64,000 bases of DNA. Origin: Planctomycetota bacterium. GTDB lineage: Bacteria > Planctomycetota > PLA2 > JAEUHO01. The translations under genes were made by a program, and so were the position numbers. The notes beneath the pieces are model-generated. The model was not told the origin of the DNA, did no database searches, and saw nothing but the letters and a program-made list of their open reading frames with translations. Positions 52,675 through 60,612 of this stretch are shown one piece after another. The number at the start of each line of letters is the position of its first letter. Positions within the stretch are counted from its first letter, which is position 1. Where the stretch lies: positions 4,612-68,611 of the forward strand of contig JASJAY010000001.1 in assembly GCA_030066775.1 (NCBI GenBank), in the 5' to 3' direction.

Positions 52675-54642
52675 ATGCCGCCCGCGCATCCGATCCGGCT
52701 CGGCGTCGACACGGGCGGCACCTTCACCGACGTCGTCTGGACGGGGCCGTCGGGGCGCGGGGTGAAGAAGCTCGCGTCCACGCCCGACGATCCGGCCCGG
52801 GCCGTGCTCGACGGCGTGGCCGCGGTCACGGGCGCGCTCCCTGCCGGTACGCCGTACACGGTGCACCACGGAACGACCGTGGGCACGAACGCCGTACTGA
52901 CGCGCGGCGGGGCGCGGGTCGTGCTGGTGACCACCCGCGGCTTCGAGGCGCTGCTCGCCGTCGGGCGTGGTCAGCGCGAGGGACTGCACCGCATGGCCCC
53001 GCGTCGCGTCGCGCCGTTGGTCGAGGTCGCGAATTGCGTGGGCGCAGAGGAGCGCATGGGCGCCGACGCGCGTCCGGTCCAGTCGCTGACGTCGGCTGCC
53101 CTCGATCGGCTCGCCGCCGCGGTTGAACGCCGCCGGCCGGAGGCGGTGGCGGTGTGCCTGCTGCATGCGCCGCGCAACGCCGCACACGAGAGGCGGATCG
53201 TGAAGCGATTGCGCGACGTGTGCCCCTACGTGTACGCATCGGCCGCGAGCTCGCCCGACCCGCGCGAGGTGGAGCGTGCGACGACCACGGTGCTCGATGC
53301 CTACGTCGCGCCGCTGGTCGCGCGCTACGTCGCGTCGCTGGCCGACGCGCTGCCGCCGGACGCGCTGACGATCCTGCGTTCCGACGGCGGTCGCATGGCC
53401 GTCACCGAGGTGCGCGCGTCGCCCGTGCGGACGCTGCTCTCCGGACCGGCGGCCGGCGTTGCGGCAGCCCGCGTCCTCGCCGCGCGACACGGCTTGCCGC
53501 GCGTGCTCACGTTCGACGTCGGCGGGACCAGCACGGACGTCGCCTGGGTCGAGGGCGGCGCGGCGCCGCTCGGCTCCGAGCTGCACGTCGGCCCCTTCGC
53601 CGCGGGCGTGCCGTCCGTGCCCATCGAGACCGTCGGGGCGGGCGGCGGGAGCGTGGTGCGCGTCGACAGCGGTGGTGCGCTTCGCGTCGGCCCCGAGAGC
53701 GCCGGGGCGGCGCCGGGTCCCGCCTGCTACGGACGCGGGGGGCCCTTCGCGTTGACCGATGCGTGGCTCCTGCTCGGACGCATCCCCGACGCGCTGCTGG
53801 GCGGCGACTTCGCGCTCGACCGCGCCGCCGCACGCCGTGCCGCGGCACGCGTCGCGAAGGCCGCGGGCCTCAGCGTGCCGGCCCTCTGCCGCGGGGCCGT
53901 CGCCGTGGCGGCGACCACCACCGCACGCGCGCTGCGCCTCGCGTCCGCCGCCCGCGGCCACGATCCGCGCGATGCGGCGCTGCTCGCCTTTGGCGGTGCG
54001 GGTCCCGTGCTGGCGTGCGACACGGCCGATCAGCTCGGCATGCGCGACGTGCTGGTGCCCACCGATCCGGGCACGTTCGCCGCATCCGGTGCGCTGGCCG
54101 CCCCGCTGCGCGCGGACGCGTCTGCGCTGGCGCCCGCGAAGGGTGGCGAGACGGCGCTCGACCGCGTCGGCAAGCGGCTACGGCGCGAGGTGGAGACGCG
54201 GCTCTTGGCCGAGGGGGCGCGCGGGCCCTTGCGCTTCGTCGAGGAGGTCGACGCGCGCTACGCGGGGCAGGCCTTCGAGGTGACGGTCGCACGCGACGGG
54301 TGGCGCGAGCGGTTCCACGACCGCCACGAGGCGCGATACGGCTTCGCCGACGCGCGCCGCCCGGTCGAGTGCGTGCGCCTGCGTGTCCGCGCGGAAGGCG
54401 ACGACCATCCGGGCGCGCGGCCCTCGGACGCGCACGTGGCCGCGCCGCGCCACGTGCGGACGCGGCGCCTTGCGCGGGATGCGAAGGGGGTCGGCACCTG
54501 TGCCCGCAGCACCTTGTCGCCGGGCGATCGCGTGCGCGGGCCCGCGCGCATCGACGAGGTGTCCGGGACGAGCTTCGTGCCTGACGGATGGAGCGCCGTG
54601 TGCCTCGGCGACGCCGCGCTGCGGATCGGGAGGACGCGATGA
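52675..54642 (+). CDS. hyuA: hydantoinase/oxoprolinase family protein, A subunit
   Basis: 655-aa ORF with ATG after GGAAGGAG. N-terminus RLGVDTGGTFTDVV is typical of hydantoinase A. Confidence 0.85.
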   Translation: MPPAHPIRLGVDTGGTFTDVVWTGPSGRGVKKLASTPDDPARAVLDGVAAVTGALPAGTPYTVHHGTTVGTNAVLTRGGARVVLVTTRGFEALLAVGRGQREGLHRMAPRRVAPLVEVANCVGAEERMGADARPVQSLTSAALDRLAAAVERRRPEAVAVCLLHAPRNAAHERRIVKRLRDVCPYVYASAASSPDPREVERATTTVLDAYVAPLVARYVASLADALPPDALTILRSDGGRMAVTEVRASPVRTLLSGPAAGVAAARVLAARHGLPRVLTFDVGGTSTDVAWVEGGAAPLGSELHVGPFAAGVPSVPIETVGAGGGSVVRVDSGGALRVGPESAGAAPGPACYGRGGPFALTDAWLLLGRIPDALLGGDFALDRAAARRAAARVAKAAGLSVPALCRGAVAVAATTTARALRLASAARGHDPRDAALLAFGGAGPVLACDTADQLGMRDVLVPTDPGTFAASGALAAPLRADASALAPAKGGETALDRVGKRLRREVETRLLAEGARGPLRFVEEVDARYAGQAFEVTVARDGWRERFHDRHEARYGFADARRPVECVRLRVRAEGDDHPGARPSDAHVAAPRHVRTRRLARDAKGVGTCARSTLSPGDRVRGPARIDEVSGTSFVPDGWSAVCLGDAALRIGRTR

Positions 54643-56210
54643 GTCGTCGCGACGACCCGGTGGCGCTGGCGCTCACGCGCGACTTGCTCGAGAGCGTGGC
54701 CGAGGAGATGGCGGCCGTGTGCATCCGCACCGCCGTGTCCCCGAACGTGAAGGACCGCCGCGACCTGAGCGCGGCCGTCTTCGATGCCAAGGGCGTGATG
54801 GTCGCCCATGCCGCGCACATCCCCGTGCACCTCGGCGCGATGCCCCTGTCCGTGCGCGCCGTGCTCGACACGTGCCCGCTCGAGCCCGGGGACGTCGCGC
54901 TCGTGAACGACCCGTACGCCGGCGGCACGCACCTGCCCGACATCACGGCCGTGCGCGCCGTCTTCGATCCCGCGACCCAACGCCGTGCGTTCCTCGTCGC
55001 GGTGCGCGCGCACCATGCCGACGTCGGCGGCGCGGTTCCCGGCTCGATGGCGCCGGCCGACGACGTGTACGCCGAGGGCCTGCGCATCCCGCCGGTCCGC
55101 TGGGTCGTGAACGAGACGCCGGATCCCGGCGTCACCTCCCTGCTGCTCTCGAACATGCGCGACGCGGACGAGCGGCGCGGGGACTTGGCCGCCCAGGCCG
55201 GCGCGCTGCGGCTCGGCGAACGCCGCTTGCGCGAGCTCGCCGCGGGCGCCGGCGGCCTCACGCGATTGGCGCGACGCGGCGCTTCGCTCGTGCGCTACGC
55301 CGGGCGGTTAGCCGCCGCGGCGCTCGAGCGATTGGCCGACGGCAGCGCGAAGGCGCGGCTCGACCTGGAGGTCGACGGCGTCGACGGCAAGCCCGCGCGC
55401 GTCGCCGTGCGACTCACCAAGCAAGGCACGCGTCTGACCGTCGACTTCAGCGGGACGACAGGGCCGGTCGGCATGGGCTTGAACGCGCCACGCGCCGTCA
55501 CCCAGAGCGCCGTCTACTACTTCGTGCGCTGCCTCTGTCCGGACGGGACACCGACGAACGACGGGCTGATGGAGCATGTCGACGTCGTGGTGCCCGACGG
55601 CTGCCTGCTGGCCGCACGCCCGCCCGCGCCGGTCGCGGGCGGCAACGTCGAGACGAGTCAGCGCGTCGTCGACGCCCTCTGGCTCGCAGCGGCGCGGCTG
55701 TGGCCGGGCCGGGTGCCCGCGCCCGGCTGCGGCACGATGTCGAACTGGACCTTCGGCCGTGCGCCCGACGGGCCGCCGATGCCCTCGTACTACGAGACGA
55801 TCCCCGGTGGGGCCGGCGGGGGTCCCGACGGGGCCGGCGCCGACGCGATCCAGCAGCACATGACGAACACGCGCGGCACGCCGGTCGAGGTGCTCGAGGC
55901 GCGCTGGCCGGTGCGCGTCGAGCGGCTGGCCCTCCGGCCGCGGAGCGGCGGAGCCGGCAAGCAGGCGGGCGGGCGCGGCGTGATCCGCGAGGTCCGCTTC
56001 CTCGAACCGGCCGTCGTCTCGCTGATGATGACGCGCCACGCCACGCCCCCGCCGGGCGTCGCCGGCGGCAAGCCCGGACGCGCGGGCCGCGTGACGCTCG
56101 TGCGCGGCGGTCGGGCCCGCCGCCTCGACCCCCGAGCGCGCGTGGACATCCGCCCCGGCGACGTGCTCCGGATCGAGACCCCGGGTGGCGGTGGTTGGGG
56201 GCGCCCTTGA
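54639..56210 (+). CDS. hyuB: hydantoinase/oxoprolinase family protein, B subunit
   Basis: Track ORF 54588..56210 trimmed to ATG 54639, which overlaps the hyuA stop as ATGA. SPNVKDRRDLSAAVFD and NDPYAGGTHLPD are typical of hydantoinase B. Confidence 0.85.
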   Translation: MSRRDDPVALALTRDLLESVAEEMAAVCIRTAVSPNVKDRRDLSAAVFDAKGVMVAHAAHIPVHLGAMPLSVRAVLDTCPLEPGDVALVNDPYAGGTHLPDITAVRAVFDPATQRRAFLVAVRAHHADVGGAVPGSMAPADDVYAEGLRIPPVRWVVNETPDPGVTSLLLSNMRDADERRGDLAAQAGALRLGERRLRELAAGAGGLTRLARRGASLVRYAGRLAAAALERLADGSAKARLDLEVDGVDGKPARVAVRLTKQGTRLTVDFSGTTGPVGMGLNAPRAVTQSAVYYFVRCLCPDGTPTNDGLMEHVDVVVPDGCLLAARPPAPVAGGNVETSQRVVDALWLAAARLWPGRVPAPGCGTMSNWTFGRAPDGPPMPSYYETIPGGAGGGPDGAGADAIQQHMTNTRGTPVEVLEARWPVRVERLALRPRSGGAGKQAGGRGVIREVRFLEPAVVSLMMTRHATPPPGVAGGKPGRAGRVTLVRGGRARRLDPRARVDIRPGDVLRIETPGGGGWGRP

Positions 56211-56285
56211 GTTGCGGGTACCCTGCGGGATCCCCGTGGAAGCAGGCGAGACGTGTCTTCTGGGGGGATCGGAGGGCCCGTTCGC

Positions 56286-57056
56286 ATGCGACCCGAGCTG
56301 CGCTGGTTGGTGATGACGATCCTGATCGTCGGCGTCCTGCTCGCCATCTCGGCGCTCGCCCTCGATCGCCCGAACGTGATCTGGAGCACGGACGGCCCGG
56401 CGTGCCCGGCGTGCCGCAGCGAGGTGGCCTTCCACGCCAACAAGTGCCAGGGCTGCGCCACGGACTTCGACTGGACGATCGCCCCCGATGACGTCAGCCC
56501 CATCTCGAACCACAGCCTGTCGCGACTCGAGGCCGACGAGCTGCGCGAGCACATCGAGCGCATCGGCGAGGACGCGGCCGCGCAGCTGATCGCGCGCAAG
56601 CTCGAGATCCCCGAGGAGCGCGCCAAGGCGTACCTCGAGTCCCTCGCGCGCGGGCGCTGCGGGTTCTGCGGCGGCACCGGCGACGACCTGGGGAGCACCC
56701 AGGAGACGAAGGACTGCCCCGTCTGCTTCGGCGACGAAAACTGCATCGCCTCCGGCGGCACGGGTCACAGCACCTGGGGCGACGAAGCCGCCGCGCGCGC
56801 CTTCGGGCGCCTCGAGCAGGAGATCCGCGCGCTCTCCCCGCGCCTGCCCAAGCCGATGCGTGCCAGCGAGCTCGAGCGCCTCGTGCGTGCGTTCCTCGCC
56901 GACCACCTCGGTACGACCCAGGCCGCCCGGCTGCCCTTCTGGCAGGACCTGATCCACGCGGAGGCGTCCGAGAACACGCCCCGCCGCGCAGCGGACGTCG
57001 GCCGCGCGCGCCTCGATCTCGTCATGACGTTCTTGCGAAACGCGGACGGCCCCTGA
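56286..57056 (+). CDS. membrane-anchored protein with zinc-ribbon and DnaJ-type CxxCxGxG motifs
   Basis: ATG 56286 (GGAGGG about 10 nt upstream) within track ORF 56253..57056. TM helix WLVMTILIVGVLLAISALAL. Cys motifs CPACRS...CQGC, CGFCGGTG and CPVCFG. Confidence 0.6.
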   Translation: MRPELRWLVMTILIVGVLLAISALALDRPNVIWSTDGPACPACRSEVAFHANKCQGCATDFDWTIAPDDVSPISNHSLSRLEADELREHIERIGEDAAAQLIARKLEIPEERAKAYLESLARGRCGFCGGTGDDLGSTQETKDCPVCFGDENCIASGGTGHSTWGDEAAARAFGRLEQEIRALSPRLPKPMRASELERLVRAFLADHLGTTQAARLPFWQDLIHAEASENTPRRAADVGRARLDLVMTFLRNADGP

Positions 57057-57151
57057 TCCGGGATTCGGTGCCCACCTCGCGCATTTGCAGTTTCCGAGGT
57101 CCCGAGGCCGGGGCACCCTGTGTGACGAGCCCGGAGGAGGGGCTCGCCCGC

Positions 57152-58555
57152 ATGCGCCGACGTCTTCCGCTCGTCGCCCTGCTCGTGGTCGTGCTCTTAG
57201 GCACGCTCGCGGCACGTCCGGCGCACGCCGCAGACGAGGTCCCGCGCGAGGCGCGGATGGCGTACCAGCAGTATCGCGCCGGCCAGGTCGAGGCCGCGCT
57301 GGCGACCAGCGAGCGGGCCGTCAAGCTGCACGAGCTCTCGTGCCCCGCATGGCGCGTGCGCGCGTGGATCCTCTCCCAGTCCGGGAACCGCCAGGGGGCG
57401 ATCGCCGCGTACGCCCGCGCCGTGCGCCTCGACCCGACCGACCCCATCTCGCAGAACAACCTGGGGGCCCTGGTGCTCGAGGTCGGTGACCTCGAGGCCG
57501 CGCTCAAGGCCTTCGAGGCGGCGCTGGCCGTACGCCCCAGCTACGCCGATGCGCTGAACAACCGCGGCGTCGTGCTCGAGCGCATGAAGCGCGCCCAGGA
57601 AGCCGAGGTGGCCTACGCCGAGGCGGCGCGCGTGGACCCGAGCCACGCGACGGCGCACAACAACCTGGGCGCGGCGCTCATGCGTCGCGGCGACCGCGCC
57701 GGGGCCGAGGCCGCGTTCCGGCGCTCGGCGGCGCTCGACCCCACGCTCGACGCCCCCGCGCTCAACCTGGCACTCCTGCAGGATCCGGCGCTCACCGATC
57801 GCGCGACCTTCGAGCGGCTCCTCGCGGCGGCCTCCATGCCGGGCGCGTCGGCCGCGCTGCGGGCGCGGGCGCTGGGCGCACGTGCCGCCCGAGCCGCCGA
57901 GGGCCAGAGCTGGGAAGAGGCGCGCCGGCTCTACCTCGAGGCGCTCGAGCTGGATCCCCGGAACGTGGACCTGCTCAACAACGTGGCCGTGGTCGAGGAC
58001 CAGCTCGGCATGGACCGCTTCGCGCTGCTGCACCTGAACGCCGCGCTCCGCATCCGTCCCGGCTTCCCCGTCGCGCGCAACAACCTCGGCATCGTCCACG
58101 TGCACCGCGGCGACCTGGCCCGCGCGAAGACCGAGTTCCTCGGCATCCTCGAGCAGGATCCCCGCTTCCACCGCGCGCACTACAACCTCGGCGTGATCTA
58201 CGTCAGCGAGGGCGACCTCACGCGCGCGCGGCAGAGCTTCCGGCAGGCTGCGCGGCTCGCACCCCGCGACGCCGCCGTTCGGTACAACCTCGCGCTGCTC
58301 GCACGCGAGTCCGGCGTCGGCATCGAGCAGGAGAAGCGCGCCTACGAGGCGGCCCTCGCGCTCGACGACACGCTGGCCGAAGCGCACCTCTCGCTCGGCG
58401 GCCTGTTGGCCGATCCCGACACGCCGCGCGAGATTCGCGACGAGGCCGCGGCGCGGCGCCATCTCCTACGCTTCCTCGAGCTCGTCCCCGCCGGCGACGA
58501 CGAAGGCCGTGCGCAAGCCAATCAATGGCTCGCGTGGTTGAACAGCCTGCGATAG
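57152..58555 (+). CDS. secreted TPR-repeat protein
   Basis: ATG 57152 within track ORF 57068..58555. Signal peptide MRRRLPLVALLVVVLLGTLAARPAHA. About ten TPR units (A..Y..A..LDP....A..NLG). Confidence 0.8.
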   Translation: MRRRLPLVALLVVVLLGTLAARPAHAADEVPREARMAYQQYRAGQVEAALATSERAVKLHELSCPAWRVRAWILSQSGNRQGAIAAYARAVRLDPTDPISQNNLGALVLEVGDLEAALKAFEAALAVRPSYADALNNRGVVLERMKRAQEAEVAYAEAARVDPSHATAHNNLGAALMRRGDRAGAEAAFRRSAALDPTLDAPALNLALLQDPALTDRATFERLLAAASMPGASAALRARALGARAARAAEGQSWEEARRLYLEALELDPRNVDLLNNVAVVEDQLGMDRFALLHLNAALRIRPGFPVARNNLGIVHVHRGDLARAKTEFLGILEQDPRFHRAHYNLGVIYVSEGDLTRARQSFRQAARLAPRDAAVRYNLALLARESGVGIEQEKRAYEAALALDDTLAEAHLSLGGLLADPDTPREIRDEAAARRHLLRFLELVPAGDDEGRAQANQWLAWLNSLR

Positions 58556-58565
58556 GGAGCGTGCC

Positions 58566-59495
58566 TCAGCGCAACGCGCGGCACATCCAGACGACGACGC
58601 CCGCCGGCTTGAAGCGCGACAGCGCCATGCGGATCGGCAGCATGTCGGGTCGCGGCGGCTCGAGCCGCACCTGGTCGTCCTGCACGTGCAGCAGGCGCAC
58701 GTGATCCTGGCCCTTGTGGTGGATCGCGACGAGGTCGCCGCTCTTGGGCTCGGCCAGGGGATCGATCAAGAGCAGGTCGCCCGCCTCGATGCGCGGGTAG
58801 GCGTCATCGCCCGAGACGCGCCAGAGGAACGCCTGCTCGTGCCACAGCGCGGGATCGACCGCGTGGTGGCCCGAGGGCTTGCCGCCGCGCGCGAGGTCGC
58901 CGTGGATCGGCAGCGTGCGCGGCCCGGCTTCCTCTTCTGTCGCGGTGTCCTCCGGGGCGTCGGTGGGGGCCTTGGCCAGCGCCGCGGGCAGCACCCGCGC
59001 GAGCATCTCGCGCTCGCGCCCGCTGGCCTCCTCCAGCACCTCGCCAGAGCGCCGCTCCGCGTCCTCCGGAGAGCGGGCCGTGCGCGCGCGCCCGAGCAGG
59101 CGTCCGAGCAGGCCGCGCTGGGCGGGGGAGAGGTCGAGGAACGACGTGGCCGCACTCACCGGTCCGCGGTGGGCCAGGTGGAAGAGCGTCGTGCTGAGCA
59201 GCCGGTCGCGGTGGCGCTGGGCGCTCTGTTCGTCGCGCTCGATCTTCTCGATCCGGCGGCGAATGGGGTCGGGGGCGCGCTCGAGGGCCGCCGCGTCCTG
59301 GAAGTGCTTCTCGCGGATCCCGAGCGCCTTGCACAGCCGGGTGATGACCGGCGAGCGCGGGGCCGGCTTGCGGCCCGACTCGATCATCGAGATGTAGGAG
59401 CCCGTGAGACCGGCCTTCTTGCCCAGGGCGTCCTGCGTCAGCCCCGCGCGCTTGCGGGCTCGCTTGAGCAGGACGGCGAACGAGAGCTGGGCCAC
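58566..59495 (-). CDS. XRE-family HTH regulator with C-terminal S24 (LexA/CI-like) domain, catalytic residues apparently substituted
   Basis: 309-aa ORF with GTG start. HTH LTQDALGKKAGLTGSYISMIESGRK. The S24-like C-terminus reads VSGDDAYPRIEAGDLLLIDP...DHVRLL, where LexA/UmuD have GDSM and TVKRL. Confidence 0.75.
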   Translation of the reverse strand: MAQLSFAVLLKRARKRAGLTQDALGKKAGLTGSYISMIESGRKPAPRSPVITRLCKALGIREKHFQDAAALERAPDPIRRRIEKIERDEQSAQRHRDRLLSTTLFHLAHRGPVSAATSFLDLSPAQRGLLGRLLGRARTARSPEDAERRSGEVLEEASGREREMLARVLPAALAKAPTDAPEDTATEEEAGPRTLPIHGDLARGGKPSGHHAVDPALWHEQAFLWRVSGDDAYPRIEAGDLLLIDPLAEPKSGDLVAIHHKGQDHVRLLHVQDDQVRLEPPRPDMLPIRMALSRFKPAGVVVWMCRALR

Positions 59496-59558
59496 GCGCG
59501 CATCCTACCCGTATCGCTGAGATATCTACCCAGATAGTTATTTCTGGATTCGGACTTG

Positions 59559-59572
59559 ACTAACTAGTTAGT
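59559..59572. promoter_or_regulatory. 14-bp perfect palindrome (candidate operator) in an AT-rich island
   Basis: ACTAACTAGTTAGT overlaps a TTGACT -35-like hexamer (59556-59561). A second palindrome AGATATCT lies at 59520-59527. TAGTTA half-sites occur at 59535-59540 and 59565-59570. Local G+C is far below the window norm. Confidence 0.5.
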
Positions 59573-59766
59573 TTTGGCAGACTGGGCGCATCGGGGTTCA
59601 ACAGCTCGTATGGTTCGGGCACCCCGGTCGTGAGTCGATCCGGTTCCCAGGATTCACGAACGCCGCAAGGCAAGATGAGTCAGGGGAGGCAAGCGGGACA
59701 GGGCGCGAGGCCGAACGGGAACGGGTCGGACGGGCCCCACACCTTGACCCAGCCGGATGCGACTCA

Positions 59767-59800
59767 GCGGAGCCCCGCGGTCTTGGCCGCGGGGCTCCGC
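59767..59800. other. perfect 14-bp-stem hairpin in a long intergenic region
   Basis: GCGGAGCCCCGCGG-TCTTGG-CCGCGGGGCTCCGC, followed on the + strand by TCGTATCT. Confidence 0.6.
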
Positions 59801-60171
59801 TCGTATCTGCGCCAAAGCCCGAACCCCATGCGAAAGAACCGGCACCCGATCCCGCCCAGAGAGACGGCGGGCGACGGTCGTCGGCGGAATGTGGCGCATT
59901 GATCGTGGCGGATTCGTACGAACGCTGCGCATCAAGGCAGGGTGAACGCGTGAAATCCCAATAAATGGGGCTTGCTGAGCAAGCCGCGGGCGACGGAAGC
60001 CGACCTGTTGGAAGGCACGGCGGCAAGGGGCACGCGATTTGGTCTAGTTGTCTCGTGAAGGGCGCGGATGCGTCCGGCACGGGACCGACGTCGCGGATGA
60101 CGGCTCCGCTTCCCGAAAGGGAAGCAACCCAGTCCGCCGGCGTGCGTCCAAGGAAGTAGAAAGCGAAACGG

Positions 60172-60600
60172 ATGGGGGCCATGGGGCGGCACACGAGCCA
60201 TCACGCACGGGCGACCGGCGTCTTCACGATCCTGATCGTGCTCCTGCTCGGCACGGGGACGGCCCTTGCCGGCGTGGGCGACTACCGCTGCGCCGACCCG
60301 AACAAGGTCTACTTCGGCAACGCCCGCCTGTTCCAGAAGCCTTGCGAGATCGACAGCGACCGGGTCTACAAGCACATCCCGGAGTACAAGGAGATCCTCG
60401 ACAAAGGCCTTACGGACAAGAGCCCCCGCTACCACTTCCTGATGCAGAAGGCCTCCGCGCGCTTCAACGACGCGGTCAAGCAGATGGCCCGCGACATGGA
60501 CCATGACCTCGTCGCTCAGAAGGGCATCGTGAAGAAGGCGAAGAAGGGGGCCAAGGACGTCCCCGACCGGACCGACGACGTCATCGCGAACCTGAAGTAG
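60172..60600 (+). CDS. small secreted hypothetical protein
   Basis: 142-aa ORF. Signal peptide ...VFTILIVLLLGTGTALAGV. Lys-rich helical mature part. Ends 12 nt before the secretin gene. Confidence 0.6.
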   Translation: MGAMGRHTSHHARATGVFTILIVLLLGTGTALAGVGDYRCADPNKVYFGNARLFQKPCEIDSDRVYKHIPEYKEILDKGLTDKSPRYHFLMQKASARFNDAVKQMARDMDHDLVAQKGIVKKAKKGAKDVPDRTDDVIANLK

Positions 60601-60612
60601 GCCTTGGGCCGG

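Noticed and set aside
59630-59902. 90-aa ORF in the repressor-secretin intergenic region
   Set aside because: It has a GTG start without an RBS. The translation is a Gly/Arg/Pro/Gln-rich sequence with no domain. It runs straight through the perfect 14-bp hairpin.
60028-60042. Second sigma-54 promoter GGGCACGCGATTTGG upstream of the small-protein/secretin pair
   Set aside because: The -24 half (GGCACG) and the spacing are good, but the -12 element reads TTGG instead of TTGC, losing the conserved C. No TGCAC/GTGCA enhancer-like repeats lie upstream. It is too weak to call.
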